From NCBI GenBank assembly GCA_018675855.1, contig JABGXI010000049.1:1-48629 (forward strand): 48,629 nucleotides of DNA, given 5' to 3'. The stretch is from Flavobacteriaceae bacterium (GTDB lineage: Bacteria > Bacteroidota > Bacteroidia > Flavobacteriales > Flavobacteriaceae). The notes beneath the pieces are model-generated. The model had not been told where the DNA came from and made no database searches. It saw nothing but the letters and a program-made list of their open reading frames with translations. This document shows, piece by piece, positions 37,493 to 45,615 of this stretch. The position numbers and the translations under genes are program-made. Numbering within the stretch: the first letter of the stretch is position 1; each line of letters begins with the position of its first letter.

Positions 37493-38893
37493 ATGTTAAG
37501 CGAGGGAACCATTATAGCACTATCTACTCCAAATGGAGCTGGAGCTATTGGTGTTATAAGACTTTCAGGTGACTTAGCTATTGAAAAATCAGCGTTATTC
37601 ATTTTTCCAAAAAATAAAAAATCTTGGGAAAATATTCTTCCAAATACTGCTTTTTTAGCTGATTTTATTTATGTCGAACAGCTTATTGATGAAGTATTAG
37701 TCACCTCATTTAAAGCTCCAAATTCATATACGGGAGAAGATGTTGTAGAAATTTCGTGTCATGGTTCTTCGTTCATACTTCAAAAAATAATCAGTTGCTT
37801 TCTGGAATCTAAAGTTCTTCCAGCTCAAGCAGGAGAATTTACATTACGTGCCTATCTTAATAAAAAAATGGATTTAAGTCAAGCCGAAGCAGTAGCTGAT
37901 ATAATAGCTTCTGAAAGCGAAGCAGCACACCGAATTGCAATGCAACAAATGAGAGGAGGTTTTTCTAAAAATATGGAGAAACTTCGGCAACAGCTTATTC
38001 AATTTAAAGCACTAATAGAGCTAGAATTAGATTTCAGTGAAGAAGAAGTGAGCTTTGCTAATAAAGATCAACTAAAAGACTTATTAAGTAACTTACATAA
38101 TGATATTTATATTCTTAAAGAATCATTTATTTATGGTAATGTAATAAAAAATGGAGTGCCTGTTGCAATTGCAGGAAAACCAAATGCTGGGAAATCATCT
38201 CTTTTAAATACACTTTTCAATGAAGAAAAAGCAATTGTTTCCAATATTCCGGGAACCACAAGAGATGTTATTGAAGATACTTTAACGATTGAGGGTATTA
38301 TATTTCGTTTTATTGATACTGCGGGATTACGTGAAACTAAGGATGTGATTGAAGCTATGGGAGTTAAAAAAGCTAGAGAAAAAATAACTCAAGCCTCACT
38401 TTTAATATACTTGTATGAAAGAACTACAGCATTTAAAGATTTAATTTCAGAAATTAAATCACTGCAACATACAAATCAAAACCTTGTATTAATTGAAAAT
38501 AAAATTGATCAATATTCTGAAGGATTTGACAATAATTTAAATAACGAATTACTTTCTGCCCTTGACAATAAAGAAAATGCTTTTGGAATGGGAATCTCAA
38601 CCCTAACCTCAGAAAGTATAGCCCCACTTAAGGTCCACTTAGTAAACACCCTTAAGCAAATGGGCGAAAATACTACTGTTGTTGTGAATAACAGTCGTCA
38701 TTACCATGCGCTCATAAACGCTTTTAAAGCCGTAGAAATTACCATGGATGGTTTGGAAAATGATATTCCAGGAGATTTATTAAGTATTGAAATGAAAGAA
38801 GCTATTTTTTATATTGGAAGTATTACCGGAAAGATTGATGCAGATCAAGATGTATTAGGAGCTATTTTTAGTCAATTCTGTATTGGAAAGTAA
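37493..38893 (+). CDS. mnmE: tRNA uridine-5-carboxymethylaminomethyl(34) synthesis GTPase
   Basis: G1 GKPNAGKSSLLN, G3 DTAGLR, C-terminal FCIGK motif. 466 aa. Confidence 0.9.
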   Translation: MLSEGTIIALSTPNGAGAIGVIRLSGDLAIEKSALFIFPKNKKSWENILPNTAFLADFIYVEQLIDEVLVTSFKAPNSYTGEDVVEISCHGSSFILQKIISCFLESKVLPAQAGEFTLRAYLNKKMDLSQAEAVADIIASESEAAHRIAMQQMRGGFSKNMEKLRQQLIQFKALIELELDFSEEEVSFANKDQLKDLLSNLHNDIYILKESFIYGNVIKNGVPVAIAGKPNAGKSSLLNTLFNEEKAIVSNIPGTTRDVIEDTLTIEGIIFRFIDTAGLRETKDVIEAMGVKKAREKITQASLLIYLYERTTAFKDLISEIKSLQHTNQNLVLIENKIDQYSEGFDNNLNNELLSALDNKENAFGMGISTLTSESIAPLKVHLVNTLKQMGENTTVVVNNSRHYHALINAFKAVEITMDGLENDIPGDLLSIEMKEAIFYIGSITGKIDADQDVLGAIFSQFCIGK

Positions 38894-38947
38894 CGTACCT
38901 TTCTTTTTGTTTCATATAGCTTAAAACACTAATAAAAATATATAAAC

Positions 38948-40438
38948 TCAATCTCTAGTTGTTCCCTCGGGAAAATATTTGTCAATAATATAAGCAGGCT
39001 GCCATGGGTCTAACTTTTGAACCAAGTCTTTATAGTCATATTCTTTAGATTGAATCCTGGAAGGATATAGATTTATAGTGTCATCTGAAGCAATTCTGTG
39101 AAACTCAAGAAGGTTCATCATCTCTTGAATTTTAGTTTTATAAGCAGATTTTTCTGCTAGATTGTTAAGTTCATTATGATCTTCTTTTAAATTATAAAGC
39201 TGTTTGATATTAATTTGAGGATAATAGATAAGTTTCCAATTCTCGTTTCTTACAGCTCTAACAGTATTTCTATAAGCTGTATACAAACTTGAGCGCACGT
39301 ATTTTTCCTTCTTATTAATAATATCCATCAAAGATTCACCATCGATATTTTCCGGTTCTTTTAAATTTAAATAATCGATTAGGGTAGGAAAAAGGTCAAA
39401 CAAATAAACAAGGGCCTTAGAAGTTTGAGCTTTAGGAATTTTAGGACCACTTATGATCATTGGAACTTTAGTACTATGCTCATAAAGGTTCTGCTTACCC
39501 AAAAGGCCATGACTTCCAAGAGCCAATCCATTGTCTGCTGCATAAATAATTACAGTATTATCATATAAATCATATTTCTTAAGGCGTTTAATTAAATCTC
39601 CTACACGATCATCAATGTGCTGAATTAGGGCATAATATTCTGCTATAGAAGACTGAATGTCGTCACAGGTTCTTGGCCATGGAGCAAGAGTCTCATCTCT
39701 AACATTAAAATCATCAAACCTAAAGGGGTGTAGAGGTTTAAAATTTTCTGGAACTGGAATTTCATTATTTGAATAAATATCAGAATACTTTGGAGAAGGA
39801 GATCGAGGATCATGAGGTGCGGTAAACGCGAGATAACAAAAGAAAGGTTTTTCTTTTTTGGATGCTTGATACCTGTCAAAATAATCTAATGTTGCTTCTG
39901 TAAAAATATCAGTAGAAAACCCCTCATTGTGAGGGTTATTCAATTTATTGTATTCATCTAAATCTCTTAAAGGCACATTAAAGTGATCACTCATTCCGCC
40001 AAGCATAACTTTGGCTCCTTCTTGAAAGTTAGTTTCAAAACTTTCTGCTCCGTTGTGCCACTTTCCTGTTGCAAAAGTTTGAAAACCATTTTTACTTAAA
40101 TAATTTGGAAGGGTTTCAACCTCTTCCAAACGGTCATAAACATGAAATAGACTTTTTCCACTTAAAAGCATCGCTCGACTAGGAGCACAGATCGCTCCAT
40201 GGTGACCACCCATAACATAACAATTTTCAAATAGTACACCATTTTTTGCTAAATCATCAATATTAGGGGTTTTTAAATATGGGTTCTGAGCAATACCAAG
40301 AGCATCAGCTCTTTGATCATCTGCAAAAATTATAAGGATATTTGGTGTTTTTTTTATTTCATTAGTTTGACGTCTATCGCAGGAGAAAATAAAAAAGAAA
40401 TTAATTGCTGCAAAAATTACTATAAAGTTATGTCTCAT
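38948..40438 (-). CDS. formylglycine-dependent sulfatase, lipoprotein
   Basis: Lipobox (FFIFSC), DDQRAD metal site, CAPSRAMLLSGK (CxPxR formylglycine motif), GKWH block. Confidence 0.85.
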   Translation of the reverse strand: MRHNFIVIFAAINFFFIFSCDRRQTNEIKKTPNILIIFADDQRADALGIAQNPYLKTPNIDDLAKNGVLFENCYVMGGHHGAICAPSRAMLLSGKSLFHVYDRLEEVETLPNYLSKNGFQTFATGKWHNGAESFETNFQEGAKVMLGGMSDHFNVPLRDLDEYNKLNNPHNEGFSTDIFTEATLDYFDRYQASKKEKPFFCYLAFTAPHDPRSPSPKYSDIYSNNEIPVPENFKPLHPFRFDDFNVRDETLAPWPRTCDDIQSSIAEYYALIQHIDDRVGDLIKRLKKYDLYDNTVIIYAADNGLALGSHGLLGKQNLYEHSTKVPMIISGPKIPKAQTSKALVYLFDLFPTLIDYLNLKEPENIDGESLMDIINKKEKYVRSSLYTAYRNTVRAVRNENWKLIYYPQINIKQLYNLKEDHNELNNLAEKSAYKTKIQEMMNLLEFHRIASDDTINLYPSRIQSKEYDYKDLVQKLDPWQPAYIIDKYFPEGTTRD

Positions 40439-40589
40439 AATACTAAAAATAAAAATATTTAATTTGTCTGTGTAACTTAAAGAAATTAATTATTGGAACA
40501 AAATAACTTTATTTTAATTATCAAATAATTCCCATCCTAAACGAGGGTTTTTTGTAGATTGGTAAATATTAATCATAAATCAATTTAAA

Positions 40590-41423
40590 ATGAAGAAATA
40601 TTTTATTATAATTTTATCGGTATTATTTGTTTATTCATGCACCAATAATGCTTACAAAGTAGAGTTTGAAAAAAACACTGAAATTGCAAAAGCATACCTA
40701 AAACTGCACGAAGAGGAAAATGCAGAAGCAATGTTTGAATACTTACATCCTGAGATGGAATGGCACATGCCTGTTTATGGAATGGATATGGGAGATATAG
40801 AAGATGTAAAAGAAGCTATTAGAGGTTATCAATCAGAATTTAACAACATGAAATTTACAGCCGATTATTGGTTGCCCGGTGTGAATACTGAAACTGGAAT
40901 ACCTGATGGAAGCACTCGTGTTTATGGAACATGGACTTCTACTCATGCCTCAACTGGTAAAGAAACTAGTTTAACAACTTACCATTCTTTTGAGTTTAAT
41001 GAAGGTAAAATTTTTAAAGGTGGAGATTGGTTTGATTTAGGAGGAATGATGAATTCTTTATCACCTAATTCTCTTAATCAAGGAAGTTTAATGGGAATTC
41101 ATACATTAAAAATTAACTTAAAAAGGGGAGCAACTATGGAACAATTTGAAAATTATTTTCTTAATGAAACCATCCCTAACTATGAAAAAGAATTTAAAGG
41201 AGCTAAAGTTAATTTAGTAAAAGGAATAAGAGGTGAAAATAAGGGTGATATGGGTATGATTTGGATTTTTGAATCGAATGAAGCTAGAGATCTGTTTTAT
41301 GATAGTGACGGAGCTCCTACCAAATTAAATCAAGAAGTTAACCAAAGATTAAGAACTGTTGATGAAGGATTGTCAAAAATTGGAACTTGGACTTCAAGGT
41401 ATACTGATTGGTCTGTGTATTGA
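40590..41423 (+). CDS. two-domain lipoprotein: NTF2/SnoaL-like N-domain plus alpha+beta C-domain
   Basis: Lipobox (LFVYSC). The N-domain is paralogous to the 41495 gene (WLPG...DGSxRxYGxW...YHSFEFN). The extra C-terminal ~110 aa (GIHTLKINLKRGATMEQFENYF...) looks like a small ferredoxin-like domain. Confidence 0.6.
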   Translation: MKKYFIIILSVLFVYSCTNNAYKVEFEKNTEIAKAYLKLHEEENAEAMFEYLHPEMEWHMPVYGMDMGDIEDVKEAIRGYQSEFNNMKFTADYWLPGVNTETGIPDGSTRVYGTWTSTHASTGKETSLTTYHSFEFNEGKIFKGGDWFDLGGMMNSLSPNSLNQGSLMGIHTLKINLKRGATMEQFENYFLNETIPNYEKEFKGAKVNLVKGIRGENKGDMGMIWIFESNEARDLFYDSDGAPTKLNQEVNQRLRTVDEGLSKIGTWTSRYTDWSVY

Positions 41424-41427
41424 AAAT

Positions 41428-41461
41428 AAAAAAAGCCCTCCCAAGCGGAGGGTTTTCCTTT
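41428..41461. terminator. bidirectional intrinsic terminator between convergent lipoprotein genes
   Basis: AAAAAAA-G-CCCTCC-caagc-GGAGGG-TTTTCCTTT: GC-rich 6-bp stem, 5-nt loop, with an A-tract upstream and a T-tract downstream. Confidence 0.65.
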
Positions 41462-41494
41462 AAATGGATAGTAATTATTATACTTTATAATAAA

Positions 41495-42001
41495 TTATTT
41501 TTCTGAGGCCATCGCAGCGTTCATTGCACCACTAGCATCAAAATAGTCTCTTAATTCGTGAATTTGTCCAGCGTCATTAAATTCAAAAGAGTGATATGCT
41601 CGATTTTGTATCATATTTCCTGTATTTGTGTTTTTAGCACTCCAAGAACCATATGTTCTTACACTTCCATCAAAAATACCTAAAGAATCAGTACCTGGTA
41701 ACCAAACTTCGGCATTGTATGTTATTTCATCAAAATTATCCATCCATCCTTTTCCTGCTGCTATAAAAGCATCATAATTTCCAGGCTCAGAACCATAAAA
41801 TGGGGGATAATGAGTTACTCCAGGGCATATTAGAGGTATTTGAGCATCAAGGTTTTCCGTTAAAAAAAGTTCAAAAAACTTTTTTGCCGTTGATAAATTA
41901 TTTTGATATTTGAGATTAGATTTTGATGCAATGTCATTGTCTTGACAAGAAAACAGAATAACTGTTAAAATTGGAAGACATAATATAAGTATTTTTTTCA
42001 T
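41495..42001 (-). CDS. NTF2/SnoaL-like lipoprotein (paralog of the 40590 N-domain)
   Basis: Lipobox (VILFSC) when started at ATG 42001 (42025 is a TTG). Shares the WLPG / DGSVRTYGSW / YHSFEFN blocks. Confidence 0.6.
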   Translation of the reverse strand: MKKILILCLPILTVILFSCQDNDIASKSNLKYQNNLSTAKKFFELFLTENLDAQIPLICPGVTHYPPFYGSEPGNYDAFIAAGKGWMDNFDEITYNAEVWLPGTDSLGIFDGSVRTYGSWSAKNTNTGNMIQNRAYHSFEFNDAGQIHELRDYFDASGAMNAAMASEK

Positions 42002-42376
42002 CGTGTTTGTTTTAATGTAGTTCAATATACCTAAAATATATAACCTAAGTTATCACACAAACAAAGGCAAGTCTTCACTTACTTCATTACTAGCTAGTTT
42101 CATTCTTGGCAGAGTGGATTATAAATCTATTTGAAACATCTTAATACACTAATTAGTATCTACTCATTTACGTTTAAAGAAGCTACTAAAGCGTATATAA
42201 ATAGTTATAGTTTTTTTTACTTATGTAGTAAGTTTCTTTGGTTTTATTGTATTATCGTCTTTATCAAATAGTACCCAAGAACTCCAACTTGAATTATTTA
42301 AAAACTAAAAAGCAATAGAAAATGAAAATAAAAATGACAGCAACTAAAATTGCAGGTCTTGAAAAAAATCTTTTCA

Positions 42377-42559
42377 TTAAATTAAGTTAGATAAAATATA
42401 GAAGTAAATAACAACATTAATAAGATGTAAAGCCCAATGAATATGTATACTCCAATTTTTATTTCTTTTACTAATGAAATAATTTGTCCTTGTTATAGCA
42501 TAAAACCCTAGAGTTAAATAAAGACCAATTAGCAATTCATTTAAACCATATTGTTCCAT
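42377..42559 (-). CDS. possible 60-aa two-TM membrane protein
   Basis: ATG start, hydrophobic (LLIGLYLTLGFYAI ... ALHLINVVIYFYILSNLI). Its stop overlaps the ATG (TAATG) of a further 27-aa hydrophobic ORF at 42294-42377. No homology recognised. Confidence 0.3.
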   Translation of the reverse strand: MEQYGLNELLIGLYLTLGFYAITRTNYFISKRNKNWSIHIHWALHLINVVIYFYILSNLI

Positions 42560-42593
42560 GTCACAAAATTAAAAATAAATCGACTAATTAGCC

Positions 42594-42619
42594 CCTCTTT
42601 TTAAAAGAGGTTTTTTTTT
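42594..42619 (+). terminator. terminator-like hairpin plus T9, oriented for the plus strand
   Basis: CCTCTTT-tta-AAAGAGG followed by TTTTTTTTT. There is no annotated plus-strand gene upstream. Confidence 0.35.
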
Positions 42620-42674
42620 GTTAAACTAATTTTTAAAAGAAATAATAAATTTAAATCTCATCATTGTTTCTTTT

Positions 42675-43640
42675 TTACAAAGAAAATTCTTCGATAATAT
42701 CAGCTACATATTTTACAGATTGAACATTCCCAACCCCTTTTCCAGCTTGCCAAAATTGAACAGAATCGTCAAAGGCAGTTTTGTTATAATTTTTAAGTCC
42801 TCTGCTCATCAAATACATTCGAGCGTACCTTTTCAATTTAGATTGTCGCAACATAAAATTGATGATGGGACCAGTCCTTAAGCCACCTTGCATTACATCT
42901 TTTGTTTTAATAACAGAGGAATTATTTCCTGCTATCTTATTGGTCCAAACAATGTCTTCCTCAGAAGAATCAATAATTGCTTGTTTATAACTTTGAGTTA
43001 CTTTACACTCATGAGTTGCTAAAAATCTTGTGCCCATTTGAATACCTGCATATCCCATCTCTAGAGCTTTTTTATAATCTTCTTTACTGCTAATTCCACC
43101 AGCACAAATTAGGGGAATACCAATATCATGCAATTCCTCTATGAAATTTTCCGCAGACTGTATTCCAGTTTGTCCTCCCCCCCGCCAATTAATACAATTC
43201 AATCCATCCACTCCAACATCTTTCATCGCTAAAGCTACTTTTTTATTGGGTACATCATGGTAAACCTTAACTTGATGCTGTTTGGCTACTTTTAAAATTT
43301 CATTAGGTTTTCCTAAAGAAGTTAAAAAAAATTTTACCCCCTCTTCAATTGAAATTTCCATCCACCTTTCCATTTGCTTGTGGTACTTTTTATTTGCCCC
43401 TCCAAAAATCGTAAAATTAACTCCAAAGGGATTTTTAGTCAATTTCTTAATTAATTGTAATCCTTTTCTAAAATCATGTCCATAAAGAATAGTTAATGCA
43501 AGTGGTTGAACAACACCGAAGCCCCCAGAATTTGAAACAGCTGCAACTAATTCTGGGTTTGAACCAGGGTACATCGGACCACATATGATAGGTACTTTTG
43601 CGCCAGTATCTTTTAAAAATTGAGAAGATAATTTTTCCAT
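42675..43640 (-). CDS. nitronate monooxygenase / FMN-dependent enoyl-reductase-like (NMO family) protein
   Basis: PIICGPMYPGSNPELVAAVSNSGGFGV N-terminus, GGGQTG, ICAGGIS and GIQMGTRF blocks of the TIM-barrel NMO family. Confidence 0.8.
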   Translation of the reverse strand: MEKLSSQFLKDTGAKVPIICGPMYPGSNPELVAAVSNSGGFGVVQPLALTILYGHDFRKGLQLIKKLTKNPFGVNFTIFGGANKKYHKQMERWMEISIEEGVKFFLTSLGKPNEILKVAKQHQVKVYHDVPNKKVALAMKDVGVDGLNCINWRGGGQTGIQSAENFIEELHDIGIPLICAGGISSKEDYKKALEMGYAGIQMGTRFLATHECKVTQSYKQAIIDSSEEDIVWTNKIAGNNSSVIKTKDVMQGGLRTGPIINFMLRQSKLKRYARMYLMSRGLKNYNKTAFDDSVQFWQAGKGVGNVQSVKYVADIIEEFSL

Positions 43641-43743
43641 ACCCTAAAACTAAAAAAAATATTGAGTGTAATTACAGGTTATTCATCTAGAAGATTTTTC
43701 TACGAATTATAGAGTAAAATAAAAATTTAGTTTTCACTTATTT

Positions 43744-44463
43744 TCATCTTTTCATAAAAACCATACAATGCTGCCATGGAAGATTATCGATATTTTCTTT
43801 AAGCTTAAAGCCAGCGGCTTCCATTTCTTTCACAGCTTGTTTTTCAGTCATTTTGTGTATTTTTTTGATGGGAACCTTTGAGTCTTCTTTTCTATACTCG
43901 ATTAAGAATAATTGTCCATTAGATTTCAATGCGTTTTTCATGGAGGCTATCATTTCAACTGGAAAATTAAACTCATGATACACGTCAACCATTAAAATTT
44001 TATCAACTGAATTATTCGGTAAATGAATACTTTTATCATTTCCAAGAATTGTTTTAATATTTCTAATTTTTCTAGACTCTTTTGTCTTTTCAATTGCCAT
44101 TAACATTTCACTTTGAATGTCTACTGCGTATATGAGGCCTTTTTTGGCTAATGGAGCTAATCTAAATACATGATACCCAGAACCAGCTCCAATATCTGCA
44201 ATGGTATCATTAAATTTAATTTTCATGTTTTTAATCAAAGTAGAAACATTTTCTTCTTTTTCTCGATCAAATCTTTCTAGCCAATTAATTCCTTCAAATC
44301 CCATTACATAGGCAATTTCTCTCCCCATGTACCACTTTCCTATTCCGTTAAAATCTCCTCTTTTAAAGGTGTATTCTCCATCACTACTGGGCTTTTGTCC
44401 TAAGCATTCATTTGAAAGTAGTAAAGTAGTAAGCAAGAATAAAATGAAATAAAATAATTTCAT
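43744..44463 (-). CDS. class I SAM-dependent methyltransferase with N-terminal signal peptide
   Basis: Motif I IADIGAGSGYH, plus post-I and motif II-like blocks. The N-terminus MKLFYFILFLLTTLLLSNECLGQ looks like a cleavable signal peptide. Confidence 0.75.
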   Translation of the reverse strand: MKLFYFILFLLTTLLLSNECLGQKPSSDGEYTFKRGDFNGIGKWYMGREIAYVMGFEGINWLERFDREKEENVSTLIKNMKIKFNDTIADIGAGSGYHVFRLAPLAKKGLIYAVDIQSEMLMAIEKTKESRKIRNIKTILGNDKSIHLPNNSVDKILMVDVYHEFNFPVEMIASMKNALKSNGQLFLIEYRKEDSKVPIKKIHKMTEKQAVKEMEAAGFKLKENIDNLPWQHCMVFMKR

Positions 44464-44850
44464 ATTTTTAAATTTAACTCAATTGTTAGTAAAGTTTAGA
44501 AATAAACAACTTTAACGATTAATTAGAAAAGTGTCTTAAAACAGCTATTAGTAATTTCTGAAGATAACATACCTTTGGTTTGGATATACTTTTTTATAAA
44601 TTCAATGCAGTAGTATTGCAGTTGTATTTATTTTTGTTTCAATGCTATTTAAATTATTTTTGATTTATGAAAAAAATAGTTTTTTTAAAATCAGTTGCAG
44701 TATTGATGATAATTGGTGGTTTTGGTGTTATTTGGTTTGGTCTTTCAATGAAATAATAAAAACATATAATACACAAAGTTAAGACAATAAATGCAAAAAA
44801 AAATGAAACCTTGTTTATAAGGATCGTATCAATGAATTTTGATTTAAACA

Positions 44851-44879
44851 AATATCCCCTCTATTAATAAGGGGATATT
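44851..44879 (-). terminator. 10-bp perfect hairpin downstream of the 44892 lipoprotein gene
   Basis: AATATCCCCT-(9 nt)-AGGGGATATT lies 13 nt after the stop at 44892. On the minus strand it is followed by TGTTTAAATC, a weak U-tract. Confidence 0.5.
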
Positions 44880-44891
44880 GTTAAACAATAT

Positions 44892-45533
44892 TTATTGTTG
44901 TGGTTGATAATCAAAATAGTTTTCCACGGGAATCATAAGATGATCGTAACCAGTTCCTTTAAACATGATGTAAGGAGCACCAGTCATAAAGTCGGTAGTG
45001 TTCCCTTCTAAGGTAGCTGGATCTTTTGGAAATAGCATTAAATGAGGTCCTGATTCAATCCACTGGCCTTCGGCAGCATCCTCTTTATTTAAAACTAAAT
45101 GCTTAGTGTTGTCTTCTCCCATGTCGCCGTGAAGCATCCATGCCCATCCATCGTGGTCTATCTGAGGTGTTTTTCCTCCCATGTAAGCCATAGCCCATTT
45201 CATGGCTTGGGCATCACCTACCATAGGCATTGCCTCATGAGGATTATCCCATCCATTTTTAGGATTAGCCATTCCTCTTGGATTAGCAGCCATAGCTGTC
45301 CATCCATTTGTTCCTTCTCTAAGTACAGTTCCATCAACATCTATTACAGTGCAATCTGAAGCAATATATGAAGGGGCAGCTGTACTGTAAGCCCATATTT
45401 TCCATTCAGAAGATGTATGGGGTCCTTCAGGTTCACCATTTATTTTTTCTATATCCGTTCCAGGTGCTTCTGAGACAACATTATTACAAGCAGATAAGCT
45501 TACTGCCATGATAAATAAAAGTAGTTTTTTCAT
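44892..45533 (-). CDS. Met/His/Trp-rich lipoprotein of unknown function
   Basis: Lipobox (VSLSAC). 213 aa. Visibly more G+C-rich than its neighbours. Motifs NPHEAMPMVGDAQAMKWAMAYMGG and HDGWAWMLHGDMGED. Confidence 0.6.
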   Translation of the reverse strand: MKKLLLFIMAVSLSACNNVVSEAPGTDIEKINGEPEGPHTSSEWKIWAYSTAAPSYIASDCTVIDVDGTVLREGTNGWTAMAANPRGMANPKNGWDNPHEAMPMVGDAQAMKWAMAYMGGKTPQIDHDGWAWMLHGDMGEDNTKHLVLNKEDAAEGQWIESGPHLMLFPKDPATLEGNTTDFMTGAPYIMFKGTGYDHLMIPVENYFDYQPQQ

Positions 45534-45615
45534 TATGATTGTTTAGTTGATTAAAGGTAAATATAATAAAAACATATAAATCAATAAGTTAGCAAATTTT
45601 GGTGTTTTAATTCGT

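Noticed and set aside
40531-40553. Short stem (ATCCT/AGGGT) followed by T6 in the divergent sulfatase/lipoprotein promoter region
   Set aside because: The stem is only ~5 bp and includes a wobble pair. No upstream gene is present to terminate. Too weak to call an attenuator.
44654-44851. 65-aa ORF with one TM segment between the methyltransferase and lipoprotein genes
   Set aside because: The only available start is a TTG that abuts the left arm of the upstream terminator hairpin. It has no ATG and no recognisable motif. It might be real, but I cannot support it.
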